Assembly (NCBI GenBank): GCA_965227775.1
Contig: OZ245777.1
Coordinates: 256,001-320,000, forward strand
Origin: Phycisphaerales bacterium
GTDB lineage: Bacteria > Planctomycetota > Phycisphaerae > Phycisphaerales > UBA1924
Length of the DNA stretch: 64,000 nucleotides
Direction: 5' to 3'
The stretch's first letter is position 1. Each line of letters starts with the position of its first letter. Position numbers and translations under genes: made by a program. The notes beneath the pieces are model-generated. The model had not been told where the DNA came from, did not search any database, and was given only the letters and a program-made list of their open reading frames with translations. Of the stretch, positions 18,687 through 29,200 are shown in pieces.

Positions 18687-19946
18687 CTACTCCATAGCCT
18701 CGGCCAGCTTGTTCAGGGCGTGGACGTAGCAGGCCGTCCGCATTGGGATGTTCTCGGACTCCATGACGCTGTACACGTCGCCGAAGGCCGTCGACATGAT
18801 CTCGCCCAATCGCGTGTGGACGGTGTCCAGGTCCCAGTAGTAGCCGCTGACGTTTTGGCACCACTCGAAGTAGCTCACGGTCACGCCGCCGGCATTGGCC
18901 AGGATGTCAGGGATAACCAGGGCGTCCTTTTCGGACAGGATGTCGTCGGCTTCCTTGGTCAAAGGGCCGTTGGCCAGTTCGACAAGCACCTTGGCCCGGA
19001 CGTTCCCGGCGTTGTCCTCGCGGACGGCGTTCTCAAGGGCGGCTGGCACCAATACGTCGACATCGAGCTCGAGCAACTCCTCGTTGCTGATCTTCTTGCC
19101 AACGTCGGGCAAGCGACCGGAATCGGTCTTGGTTGCAATCGTGGCCGTCACGTCCAGGCCCGAGTCCAGGTGGATGCCCCCGCGCGAGTCGCTGACCGCG
19201 ACGACCTTGTAGCCGACTTCGTCGGCAAGCTTGGCGAAGTGCTGGCCGGCATTGCCAAAGCCCTGGATGGCGATCGTGATGTCCTTGGGGTTCCAGCCAC
19301 GCCGCTTCTCGAGCTCTCGCAGGCAGACGAAGCCACCGCGACCCGTTGCGTCGTTTCGACCCAGCGAACCACCGCGCGCCACGGGCTTGCCCGTGATGAC
19401 GCCCGGGTAGCGGCCACGCTTGATGGTGTCGAACTCGTCGCTCATCCATCCCATGATCTTCGCGTTGGTGTACACGTCGGGGGCTGGCACGTCGATGTCC
19501 GGGCCAAGCACGTCGGCCATGCCTCGCATGTAGCCGCGGCTCAGGCCCTCGAGCTCACGCTCGCTCAGCTCGCGTGGGTCGACGATCACGCCGCCCTTGC
19601 CGCCGCCCAGCGGGATGCCGACCGTCGCACACTTGAATGTCATCCAGAACGCCAGGGCCCGGACCTCGGCCGCCGACACGTCGGGGTGGTAGCGGATGCC
19701 GCCCTTGCCAGGCCCGCGGACCGTGTTGTACCGGCATCGGAACCCCGTGAAGACCTTGGTCGAGCCGTCGTCCATCTTGACGGGGATACCCACTTCGGTG
19801 AACCGTTCGGCGTGCTTCAGCCGCTCGACAGTCTCGGCCTTGGCCTTGCTGTACTGCGCGGCCTTGTCCAAGCGGGGCAGGGCCTCTTCGAGGAACACAT
19901 CGCTGCTCGAGTGGGTCTGCTCGGCTGTCAACACGTCGGGGCTCAT
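18687..19946 (-). CDS. gdhA: Glu/Leu/Phe/Val dehydrogenase (glutamate dehydrogenase-like)
   Basis: GPGKGGIRYHP, MTFKC, GGGKGG, DVPAPD, TGKP, ATGRG, QGFGNAG, ANAGGVTVSYFEW. Confidence 0.93.
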   Translation of the reverse strand: MSPDVLTAEQTHSSSDVFLEEALPRLDKAAQYSKAKAETVERLKHAERFTEVGIPVKMDDGSTKVFTGFRCRYNTVRGPGKGGIRYHPDVSAAEVRALAFWMTFKCATVGIPLGGGKGGVIVDPRELSERELEGLSRGYMRGMADVLGPDIDVPAPDVYTNAKIMGWMSDEFDTIKRGRYPGVITGKPVARGGSLGRNDATGRGGFVCLRELEKRRGWNPKDITIAIQGFGNAGQHFAKLADEVGYKVVAVSDSRGGIHLDSGLDVTATIATKTDSGRLPDVGKKISNEELLELDVDVLVPAALENAVREDNAGNVRAKVLVELANGPLTKEADDILSEKDALVIPDILANAGGVTVSYFEWCQNVSGYYWDLDTVHTRLGEIMSTAFGDVYSVMESENIPMRTACYVHALNKLAEAME

Positions 19947-20031
19947 GGGCTTCTCCTGATGTTCTTACCTCGGGCCGGCCCACAGGACCGGACACGAGCG
20001 AATCATTGCCCGCTCGCAACGTGCGTGCTTG

Positions 20032-20865
20032 TCATTTGTCGCCCTTGAAGCCCAGCCGCGTGTACGCGAGCGAGAATCCGAGTCGGATCGCGCTCCGCTC
20101 GGTTGGGATGCCCGGCTCGCACTCGATGACGGCCACGCGACAGCCCTCGGTCAGGCCCTGTTGTAACCGCCGGGCGATGAGAGCCTTCTGGATCCCCTTG
20201 CGGCGATGGGGCTCCCCCACGACGGCGCCCCAGAGGGAAGCCACTCGAATCGGCTCGCGGTCTTGGGCGGGGGCCAGCTCGATGATCTCCATGCCGCATG
20301 TTCCCGCGAGCTCGCCATCGATGAACGCGCGAAACCCGCGGGAGCGAGGGTGCGTCTGGCTGCGCTCGGCCGCCTCGAACTCACCCTGCTGCGGCTCGAT
20401 CCCCGGCTCCGAAAATCCAAGGACGCGATGACGCACGAGCTCGCGCAGACCGGCCTGGTCTTCGTCGTCGAGCAGCTCGATGCGAAGGCCCGGGACGTCG
20501 ACGGAGTCGACTGGGTCTTGCAGATCTCGCGCGTACACACGCTCGGCCTGCTCGAGCTTGAACCCTGCCTGCGCAATCGTGGCGAAGGCAGACTCTCCGG
20601 ACAATTCAGTGAGATCGATGCTTGGCCGCGCTCCGCGCTCTCTGAGGAAAGACGAGATGCGTTCCATCCCACGCGCCGTGATCTCTGCGTCGAGCCCGCA
20701 GCCGATGGCTTGGCAAAGCCAGTCGACGCCCTGCTTGAACGAGACGACCCCGCCGCCCTCGGCGAGTGGGATGGCCTCGTGCTCGTCCGACAGCTCGGCG
20801 ATGACCGCCTGCTGCCGCCGCTCGTTGAGCTGCATGATCGTCTTCGAATCTGGCGGTGCGGACAT
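20032..20865 (-). CDS. GNAT family N-acetyltransferase
   Basis: C-terminal motif A: AVVGEPHRRKGIQKALIARRL...RLGF. Confidence 0.8.
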   Translation of the reverse strand: MSAPPDSKTIMQLNERRQQAVIAELSDEHEAIPLAEGGGVVSFKQGVDWLCQAIGCGLDAEITARGMERISSFLRERGARPSIDLTELSGESAFATIAQAGFKLEQAERVYARDLQDPVDSVDVPGLRIELLDDEDQAGLRELVRHRVLGFSEPGIEPQQGEFEAAERSQTHPRSRGFRAFIDGELAGTCGMEIIELAPAQDREPIRVASLWGAVVGEPHRRKGIQKALIARRLQQGLTEGCRVAVIECEPGIPTERSAIRLGFSLAYTRLGFKGDK

Positions 20866-20916
20866 GGCCCAAGGTTACGACGCGCGGGCGCATGAAGATC
20901 GTGGAAAGACAAGGAC

Positions 20917-20950
20917 GGACGCGAACGCCAAGGAGAAAGCGTTCGCGTCC
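20917..20950 (-). terminator. Hairpin downstream of the dockerin-protein gene
   Basis: GGACGCGAACGC-N10-GCGTTCGCGTCC, 12-bp stem 27 nt past the stop at 20978. Confidence 0.65.
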
Positions 20951-20977
20951 GGCCCCTGGGGGTTGAGAGCGGAGTGC

Positions 20978-21952
20978 TCAGCAGCCGCCGGAGAAGGCGT
21001 TCTGGAAGCACAGGAAGTCAAAGATGGTCAGCGCCCCATCGCCGTCGCAGTCGGCGGTGGCGTCACCGCTCGCAAAGGCGTTCTGGAAGGCGAGGAAGTC
21101 GAAGATGTTCAGGACGCCGTCGCCGTCGAAGTCGGCGTAGCACGACGTGGTGTCTTCGAAGGTAAAGGTACCGGTGACCTCGCCGACGCCAGTGAGCGGA
21201 TCGACCTGCCAGTGGCCCTCGAAGCCGATGTGGTTCGAGCGATTACCGCTGATCTCGCCGGTCCCGAGCACGGTGATGAAGATCTCGTCGTTCTCGATCG
21301 GCACGCTGAGCTCGATCATGATGTCGCGACTCGGAGCCGGAGGGGGACTGCCGGGATCAGCCAGCACGGAGTCGATCGCCTTGGATAGATTGACCGCACC
21401 CTTTGCGCCGTCGATGATGCCCCCGGCGCCCGACGCCTCGTAGCCCACGTATCCGCCCACGATGACCTCGAGCGCGACGACCCACCACTTGGGCTTTAGG
21501 CTGCCACCATCGTCGGCAACCTCGTGGTACTCCAGTGACAACAGCTCGCCATCGGCGTTTGTGCCCCAGAAACCCTGGATCGCGCTGTTCCATTGCTCGT
21601 CGAGGATCGTGCCGAAGCCTTGGACGTTTGAGTCGTAGCCGTCGGCCGTCGCCGTCAGGTCGCCAAAGTAGTCGACAGTCATGACGCCACCACAAACGTC
21701 GCCCTGGCCGACGGCGCTCCACGTCTGCGCGTTGAAGCTGCCGGTAATGTTGAGCCTGCCGCCAGAACACGTTTCCCATGCCGAGTCCGGATCGGAAGTC
21801 TGCATGTGCAGGCCGTGTAGCATGCTCTCAATCATCATTTGCACGTTGGCGTGCTGCTCGATTTCAAGACGCTGATCCTGGGCGTTGGCGACAGTCCCAG
21901 CGAGCAACGCGAAACCACAAAACGACTGCATAGCAAGAGCGCGAGCCTTCAT
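20978..21952 (-). CDS. Secreted protein with C-terminal GC-type dockerin domain
   Basis: Signal peptide (ANA|QD); C-terminus CYADFDGDGVLNIFDFLAFQNAFASGDATADCDGDGALTIFDFLCFQNAFSGGC; GGAGGTG SD. Confidence 0.88.
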   Translation of the reverse strand: MKARALAMQSFCGFALLAGTVANAQDQRLEIEQHANVQMMIESMLHGLHMQTSDPDSAWETCSGGRLNITGSFNAQTWSAVGQGDVCGGVMTVDYFGDLTATADGYDSNVQGFGTILDEQWNSAIQGFWGTNADGELLSLEYHEVADDGGSLKPKWWVVALEVIVGGYVGYEASGAGGIIDGAKGAVNLSKAIDSVLADPGSPPPAPSRDIMIELSVPIENDEIFITVLGTGEISGNRSNHIGFEGHWQVDPLTGVGEVTGTFTFEDTTSCYADFDGDGVLNIFDFLAFQNAFASGDATADCDGDGALTIFDFLCFQNAFSGGC

Positions 21953-22054
21953 GAGACACCTCCACGGAAACGAGTGAGCTTGGTGTGTTGCCGGAGCAAA
22001 CTTCGCCCTCGGCTACATGTACCAGCGGGGTTTCCGCGTTCTCATCACGCGGCC

Positions 22055-22073
22055 TGTTCACAATTTCTGAACA
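22055..22073. promoter_or_regulatory. Palindromic candidate transcription-factor operator
   Basis: TGTTCA-CAATTTC-TGAACA, an AT-rich dyad between divergent genes. Confidence 0.5.
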
Positions 22074-22145
22074 TGGCAAGCGCTCGCCGGGAGGAGCTTT
22101 ACCTATCCTGCCAGCATGCTGAAGCACGAGCACCTGGCGCAGCCC

Positions 22146-23120
22146 ATGACGTATACATGCACCCTGCTTCGTGCGGGCCGATTGCTGCTCGACGCCGGCG
22201 GCATGTTCGGGCTGATCCCGCGCGTGGTGTGGCAGACGATGGTCGACCCAGACGAGAAGCATCGCGTCGAGTTGCACCATAACTGCTTATGGCTCGTGGG
22301 TACGACGGACGATCCGGAGCTCGGCCGGCCGCGCCAGGTCATCATCGAGGCGGGCACGGGCGACAAGCTCGACCCAAAGATGGCCGGCATCTTCGGGCTG
22401 GACGGGCGCACGGTTGAGACGGCGCTGACCGAAGCCGGCGGCGACCCGGCAAAGATCGATGACGTGGTCATCAGCCACTTGCACTTCGACCACGCGGGCG
22501 GGCTCACGCGCCGGCTGCGCCCCGGCGAGACCGCCGATTGGACCGCCGGCCCCAAGGAAGCCAGCGGCGATGCGAGCGAGGTGAAGCTGACGTTCCCGAA
22601 TGCGACGGTCCACGTCCAGGAGAAGGAGTGGCACACCGCGCTGGCCGGCGACTCGGTCATGACGAGGACCTACTACGCCGATCACCTCGCGCCAATCGAG
22701 AGCAAGCTCCGGCTGCACGACTCGCCGCGGCCCTTCGAGCCCGGCCGCGTGCCGCACAAGGACGAGCGGCCCGCGCTGCCGTGGGAGCGGCGGGCCACGA
22801 CCATCCTGCCGGGCATCAAGGTGTTCCTGACCCCCGGACACACGTGGGGCCAGCAGGCGACGTGGTTCACGGACGAGCAGGACCGGACGGTCGTGTTCGT
22901 GCCCGATGTCATGCCTACGGCCTGGCACGCGGGCAAGGCGTACAGCCTGGCCTACGACGTCGAGCCGTACACGAGCATGGTGAGCAAGGGCTGGCTGTTG
23001 CGAGAGGCCAGCGAACGCGGGTGGACCCTGATGCTCGACCACGAGCCGGGGGATCCGTGGCGGCGCGTCGAGCCCAACGGCAAGGGCTGGTACGCTCTCA
23101 AGCCGGCCGGCTTGGCATGA
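22146..23120 (+). CDS. MBL-fold metallo-hydrolase (YtnP-like)
   Basis: LDAGGMFGLIP, SHLHFDHAGG, TPGHTWGQQ, D-bridge, DHEP. Start may be 22116. Confidence 0.9.
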   Translation: MTYTCTLLRAGRLLLDAGGMFGLIPRVVWQTMVDPDEKHRVELHHNCLWLVGTTDDPELGRPRQVIIEAGTGDKLDPKMAGIFGLDGRTVETALTEAGGDPAKIDDVVISHLHFDHAGGLTRRLRPGETADWTAGPKEASGDASEVKLTFPNATVHVQEKEWHTALAGDSVMTRTYYADHLAPIESKLRLHDSPRPFEPGRVPHKDERPALPWERRATTILPGIKVFLTPGHTWGQQATWFTDEQDRTVVFVPDVMPTAWHAGKAYSLAYDVEPYTSMVSKGWLLREASERGWTLMLDHEPGDPWRRVEPNGKGWYALKPAGLA

Positions 23121-23157
23121 GCGGACCGCTCTGGGTGCGGGGGTCTACCATCGGGCC

Positions 23158-23847
23158 ATGGCCCCCGCGGTGAACGACACCACGGCTTCCAAACCCCTAC
23201 CGCAGGCCGAGATCGAGGCCTCCGAGGACGGGCGCGCCCCGAGCGAACGGCCCGCGGCGTCGGAGGGCCAAGCCCAGCCGGACGACGCGCCCCAGCCCCA
23301 AGCCTCTGCCAAGCGCAAGCGCAAGCGGACGCTGTGGGAACGGGCCGAAGCGTTCGTCAGCCGCCTCAGCACGCGCAATCACTTCTGGCATCGTGTGTGC
23401 TCGCTCATCTGGCTGCCGTACGCATTCCACAGCGGCATCAAGATGAAGATGGTCGACGCCACGACCTTCCAGGCGGTGCTGCCCTTCCGCCGGTTTAACC
23501 GCAACTGGTACAACGCCATGGCGGGCGCGGCGCTCCTGGGCAACGCCGAGATCGCTGGCGGGTCGTACATCTTCAAGGTGTGTGGGGCCGACTACACGGT
23601 GGTGTGCAAGAAGCTCGAGTACAAGTTTCTTCGACCCTGCCTTGGCCCGGCCGTCTACCGCATCGAGCCCGAGGAAGACATCGAGGCGCTTGTCGCCAGC
23701 GGCAAGGAATTCAATCTGACCATCACCATGAACGTGGTGCAGCAGATCCGCCGGCCAAGCGACCGCGAGAAGCGCGTGGGGCTGGCGACGGCGACCTTCC
23801 ACGTGACACCCAAAGCCCACCAGCGCAGCCGCGGCCGGCTCAAGTAA
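23158..23847 (+). CDS. Hotdog-fold / thioesterase-like protein
   Basis: NRNWYNAMAGAALL...YTVVCKKLEYKFLRPCLG resembles PaaI/DUF4442 hotdog proteins. Confidence 0.7.
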   Translation: MAPAVNDTTASKPLPQAEIEASEDGRAPSERPAASEGQAQPDDAPQPQASAKRKRKRTLWERAEAFVSRLSTRNHFWHRVCSLIWLPYAFHSGIKMKMVDATTFQAVLPFRRFNRNWYNAMAGAALLGNAEIAGGSYIFKVCGADYTVVCKKLEYKFLRPCLGPAVYRIEPEEDIEALVASGKEFNLTITMNVVQQIRRPSDREKRVGLATATFHVTPKAHQRSRGRLK

Positions 23848-23853
23848 ACGCCC

Positions 23854-25041
23854 ATGGCCGGGCCACGCGCTCCATCCGTCCCAACTCAAACGTCGCCGCT
23901 GGCCGCCCTCGGCTGGGGCTTCTACTTGGCCGTGTCATGGACTTGGGTCATCGGCATGATCCTGCCTGCGCTGATGCTGCGCGACTTTGGCTGGTGGGGC
24001 CTCCTCGTGTTCCTCGCGCCAAATGCCATCGGCGCGGCGCTGATGGGCACGGTGCTGCGCGATGCAGAGTCGGCCAAGCGGCTGCGATCTCAACACAAAG
24101 ACGCGATCGGCCTGTTCTCGATTGTCACGATCGCATTTCACTTCTATGTGATCGGAGCGATTGCACTCTCCGTGGCCGGGTGGCCCACGTTCTCGGGCCA
24201 GATCTTGATCCTGGTGTTCCTGCTTCTCCCGCTGCTTGACATCGCACGCAGTCGTCACACGAAGCTCGTTGCCGTCGTGATCTGGCTCGTGAGTGTCTTG
24301 ATGGCTGGCTTGTATTGGAGTACGGGTGGAGGCGATTCGGTCTTGGCTGGGGCCGGGTACGCGACCGAATTTTCACGTGACTTATTGATGCTTGCTCCGG
24401 TCGTGGTGTTCGGATTCGCCTTGTGCCCATATCTGGACGCGACGTTCCTCCGTGCTCGTATGGAAACCTCCCGTGCTGGTGGCAGAGCGGCTTTTGCGTT
24501 CGGCTTTCTGTGCCCGTTCGTCATCATGATCGCGTTCACGGTGTTGTACTCAACGATCATCGCAGCCGGGAACGAGGTCGGCTGGCGATTGGTCCTCTTC
24601 CATCTGGTCATCCAGTCAACGTTCACGGTCGGCGTTCATATTCGAGAGGGTCTGGGTCGAAACTCCAGAGCGCTTGGCGGCTTCGTACTCGCAGTCGCGG
24701 CAGGACTTCTCGTGTGGCTCCTCCCATCCGGCCCCATCTCCTGGGCCGACAACATGCTCGCCTGGGAGGTCGTCTACCGCCTCTTCATGTCTGCTTACGG
24801 CCTGTTCTTCCCCGCGTACGTGCTCTTCGCCGTGGTGCCCGGCGCGATGAAGATGGGCCCCATGCCCCGTGCCGGCCGTGCCGTCACCGCAATCACAATC
24901 GCCGCCGTGCTGCCGTTGTACACGCTTGGGTTCATCGCGCGCCAGGAACAGTGGCTCCCACTCGCCCTGGGTCTTGTGCTCGGCGGAGCGTTCATCACGT
25001 TCACGATGCGTCGCCGTGCGTCGGAGCCGCGCGATGACTGA
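23854..25041 (+). CDS. Polytopic membrane protein, possibly a distant solute-symporter relative
   Basis: About 11-12 hydrophobic segments; SWTW and PNAIGAA motifs recall sodium:solute symporter N-termini. Confidence 0.7.
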   Translation: MAGPRAPSVPTQTSPLAALGWGFYLAVSWTWVIGMILPALMLRDFGWWGLLVFLAPNAIGAALMGTVLRDAESAKRLRSQHKDAIGLFSIVTIAFHFYVIGAIALSVAGWPTFSGQILILVFLLLPLLDIARSRHTKLVAVVIWLVSVLMAGLYWSTGGGDSVLAGAGYATEFSRDLLMLAPVVVFGFALCPYLDATFLRARMETSRAGGRAAFAFGFLCPFVIMIAFTVLYSTIIAAGNEVGWRLVLFHLVIQSTFTVGVHIREGLGRNSRALGGFVLAVAAGLLVWLLPSGPISWADNMLAWEVVYRLFMSAYGLFFPAYVLFAVVPGAMKMGPMPRAGRAVTAITIAAVLPLYTLGFIARQEQWLPLALGLVLGGAFITFTMRRRASEPRDD

Positions 25042-26287
25042 AGCGCGCTTCCTGGCTGCGGCGGACCTGCATCTGGGTCGGACAGCCAGCCTGCCCGAGG
25101 CGCTGCGCGATCGTTCCCGTGAGCTTGGGCCTTTCGGCGCGCTCGAGCGGTTGGTCGATCTTGCCAGGCGCGAGCGGGTCGACGCGGTGTTGATCGCGGG
25201 CGACGTCGTCGACGATGATGGCGCGTACTTCGAGGTATTCGCCGCGCTGCAGGACGCCGTCGCGAGGCTCGATGGCATCCCGCTCGTCACGATCGCGGGC
25301 AACCACGACGCACGCGTGCTGCCACGCCTGGCCCACGCGATCGACGGGTTGACGCTGCTTGGGGCCGACGGCATGTGGCAATCCGATCACATTGAGACCG
25401 ACATCGGCAGCGTCGAGATCCTCGGCTGGAGCTTTCCCGCACCACATTGCACGGCGTCGCCCTTCGACTCGCCCCCCCCACCGAAGGCGGGGCCCCGCAT
25501 CGGGCTCTTGCACGGCGATGTCGACACGCCCGGCAGCGTGTACGCACCGTTCCGGGCGACAGACCTTCGCGACCACGGCGCCGATGCGTGGTTGCTCGGC
25601 CACGTGCACGCACCATCGCACGCAAGGCTTGGTGCCCAACAGCCAAGCGGCTACCTCGGGAGCCTGTGCGGGCTCGACCCAGGCGAACCGGGGAGCCGCG
25701 GCGCCTGGCTCGTGCGGCTCGACGGATCTCGCACCTCTCTCGAGCACTGCCCGCTCGCCCCGATCGTATGGGAAGGCGTGACCGTTGATTGCGGGACACT
25801 CGGATCGCGTGATCTCGATTCGGCCCTTCAAAAGCAGGCCGAGCAAGCCACGTCGCGCTTCGAGCACGCCTCGGCCGTCGGCGTGCGCATGACACTCACG
25901 GGCGAGCACGAGGCCTGGCGCGAGATCAACGCGCGCGCCCAGGAGATCGAGACCGATCGTCCGTGGCGCAGCGGTGGAGTTTCGGTGTTCATCGAGAAGC
26001 TCGAGGCGTGCGTGACGCCACCGCTGCAACTTGAGCGGCTCGCGGGCGAACGCAACGCGGCCGGGCGTATCGCGACCCTCATCCTCGAACTCCAACGTGG
26101 TGAAGCCGACCAATTGGTGGAAGCAGCTACTCAGGAATTCGCCACCATCGCGAGCAACCGATACCTCCGGCCGCCCGATCTTGGCGAGCGCAGAATCCCG
26201 TTGCACGATGCTCGTCAGATGCTCCAGCGGGAGGCTCGTGCGGTCCTTGGTGAGCTGCTCGCCCAGCATAGCGAAGGGGATCGTTGA
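25034..26287 (+). CDS. Mre11/SbcD-family (YhaO-like) DNA nuclease
   Basis: DLHLG, AGDVVD, AGNHD, LLHGD, LGHVH metallophosphoesterase motifs. Confidence 0.92.
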   Translation: MTEARFLAAADLHLGRTASLPEALRDRSRELGPFGALERLVDLARRERVDAVLIAGDVVDDDGAYFEVFAALQDAVARLDGIPLVTIAGNHDARVLPRLAHAIDGLTLLGADGMWQSDHIETDIGSVEILGWSFPAPHCTASPFDSPPPPKAGPRIGLLHGDVDTPGSVYAPFRATDLRDHGADAWLLGHVHAPSHARLGAQQPSGYLGSLCGLDPGEPGSRGAWLVRLDGSRTSLEHCPLAPIVWEGVTVDCGTLGSRDLDSALQKQAEQATSRFEHASAVGVRMTLTGEHEAWREINARAQEIETDRPWRSGGVSVFIEKLEACVTPPLQLERLAGERNAAGRIATLILELQRGEADQLVEAATQEFATIASNRYLRPPDLGERRIPLHDARQMLQREARAVLGELLAQHSEGDR

Positions 26288-29200
26288 TGCGCGTACGCCG
26301 TGTCGAGATCATCTCTAGCGCCGGAATCGATGCAGCGTTCGCGATCGAGGACTTCGATGCCCAGCTGACGGTCATCGAGGGCCGCAACGAGTCTGGAAAG
26401 AGTACCTTGGCGGGCGCCATTCGCGCCCTCTTGTGGCCCGAGCGACATCACCACCTCAGAGCGCGCGGCATCTTCGAGGCTGCCGGCTCCACGCATCGAT
26501 CGTTCGTTGATGCGCATGCTGGCGGCTGGCAGGGCGAAGAGCCCACACTTCCGGACGAGAGCGCCGGGCGGGGCATCATCGTCGGCATCGGCGATCTCTG
26601 GGCCGACGACGCGCACGACGAGGCGATCCGCCAAGCCATGACGCGCGAACTGCACGGCGGCTTCGACTTGCGGTCGCTGCACGAAGCCGCGCGGGCCAAG
26701 ACGCCAACGGCCGCCAAGCGCGAAGCCGAGCAGGCCGAGCGGCGGCTGGGCACGGCGCGGTCGGAAGCAACAGCGCTTATGGCACGCGAGTCGCGCTTAC
26801 CCGAGCTGCGGGAACGCGCCAGAGCGTGTCGCGAACGGGCAGCGAAAGGCGACACCGCCAGGCATGCCATCGAGCGTTTGGACGCGATCGCGACGTTGAC
26901 AGACCTGCGCGCACAACTCGCGAGAATTCCCCCTGGCTCGTTGCGGGTCAATGGGGACGAGGACCAACGACTCCGCGAGATCGCGGGGCAGATCGAAGAC
27001 GAATCCGCGGCAATCGAGCACGAACGCACGACTGCGGCAGAGTCCCGCGATCAGCTGGATGGCCTGGCCCTGCCGGCAGACGGCATCGATGAAGGCGACC
27101 TCGCGGCACTCGCCACCCTTGAGAGCGAATTGCTCGGCCTGGATCGGCAGCGAGTCGAGGCGCAGCGTCGCGTCGAGGAATTGCAGGCAGCGATCGACGC
27201 GACGCCGGCTTCCATGCGATCGCTGGACGACCACTCGATGGGCAAGCTGGAAGCCGCGCTCAACAAGGCTCATGAGGCGCGTGAGCGACGATCACGCGAC
27301 CGGGCGGCAGCCGAAGCTCCCTCGCAGGCCACGGCTCCCGGTACAACCCGTCCATTGATCGTGATCACCATTGCGCTGGTCGTGCTCGCCGGCATGGCGG
27401 CAGGATTCGAGCGGGCGTGGATCGCGCTGGCGCTCTCGGCGGCTTCTCTGGTGAGCGGTCTCGTGTTGTTCGTGCGAACCCAGCCGTCGCCCGACCGATC
27501 AAATGACACTGAGAGTGTGGCAGACCGGAGCGATGCGGCATACCAAGCCGCGATCGAAGAGGTCCGCACCATCGCGGGCGACGATGAGTCGATGCTCTCA
27601 ACGCTCGCGATCGCAACAGCAGCCGATCGGGCGAAGAGATTGGACGCCAAGCAACTCGACCTGCACGCCGCACGGGCGGGCGTCGAGTCGATCAGGTCGC
27701 AGCAGGGCGACGCGTTGCGGCGAGCACTGGACCTGTTGTCGCGCTACGGCCACGCCGAGTGTGAGGGCATTGGCGACCTGAGCCGCATGCGGGCAGACGT
27801 CGAGCGCCGCGGCCGCGAGCACGAGCGGCTGACGCGCGTCACGCTGGAGGCAAACCGCCTGCGCGAACAGGCCGAGCAGCGTCTTGCCAGGGCGACGCAA
27901 CAGCGAAGCGCGTTGCTCGAGCGGATCGGGCTGGCCGAAGATTGCCCCCACGAGCTCAGCGAATGGCTCCGTCTACGCGACGAAGCGCACGCGCTACGCG
28001 ACCAGATCCGCCGGCACGAGGCCGTGCTCGAGCGGCTCGACGCGGCGATCGCTGATGCTCCAGAGCTACTCGAGCTCGATCGCACGGCTCTGGAGGAGCG
28101 AAGCCGAGCGTGTGAGGCGGCCGCGAACGAGGCCGACGAGCTGCGCGAGCAGATCGGTGAGATCGAGGGCCAGATCCGCATCGCTCGAAGCAAGGCGGAT
28201 GTGGGCGAGGCGCTCGCCGATCTCGAGCGAGCCGCCGAACGCGTGGCAGCGGTGCGGGGCGAAGAGTGCGCCAAGGCCGCCCGGCGGCTGATCCTCGAGC
28301 ACGCCGTGGCCAGCGTGCAAGGCGACGACGTGCCGGCCATCGTGCGGCACGCCGATCAGTGGCTGGCCCGGTTCACTGCAAACGCGTACGGCCTGAGGAT
28401 CGAACAAGGCCAGCCGGTCGTCTACGACCTGCGTAGTGGGCGAGAGAAGGAGTACGACGAGCTCTCGACCGGTACGCGCGCCCAGGCGCTGCTGGCCATG
28501 CGCTTGGCGGGCGCGATGGACGCCGAGCGCCGGGCCGGCGTCTCGCCGCTCCCGCTGATTCTCGATGAGCCGCTCGCCACGACCGACGATGCGCGGTTCG
28601 AGGCCGTGTGCCAATCAGTGTTCGAGCTCGCGCGCGAGGGTCGGCAGCTGGTCTATCTCACGTGCGACCCGGGGCATGCCGCGAGGCTCGAGCGGCTCTC
28701 GAACGAGCACGCGCTCTCGTGCACACGCCTGAACCTCGACGAGATCCGTGGCCGGCATGCCGCTGCTCGCGTGCCCGCCTCAGCCCTCTTGGAGCACAAG
28801 CCCGGCCCTTCGCCCGAGACCATGTCTCGCGAGGCCTACTTGGGAGCCATCGGCGTCGGTCCACTTGACCCGTGGCGCGGCGTCGAGACCGTCGACCTGT
28901 ACTACGTGCTCCGGGATGATCTGGCGACCCTGCACGCACTGCGTCAGCGCGAGGTCTCAACCGTGGGTCAGTTGCTCGCACGCCCCGAGTTGGTCGATCG
29001 GCCCGAGATCATCGACGCGTGCCGATGCGCTCAGCGGCTCATCACGGTCTGGCGCCGCGGGCGGTCTCGGCCGGTGACCCCGCGGGACATCCTCGACTCC
29101 GGGGCTGTTTCCGAGCGATACATCGATGCCGCGATCGAACTGAATGACGCAGTCGGCCGCTCGGCCTCGGCGCTGCTCGAGGCCATCGACCGGGGAGAGA

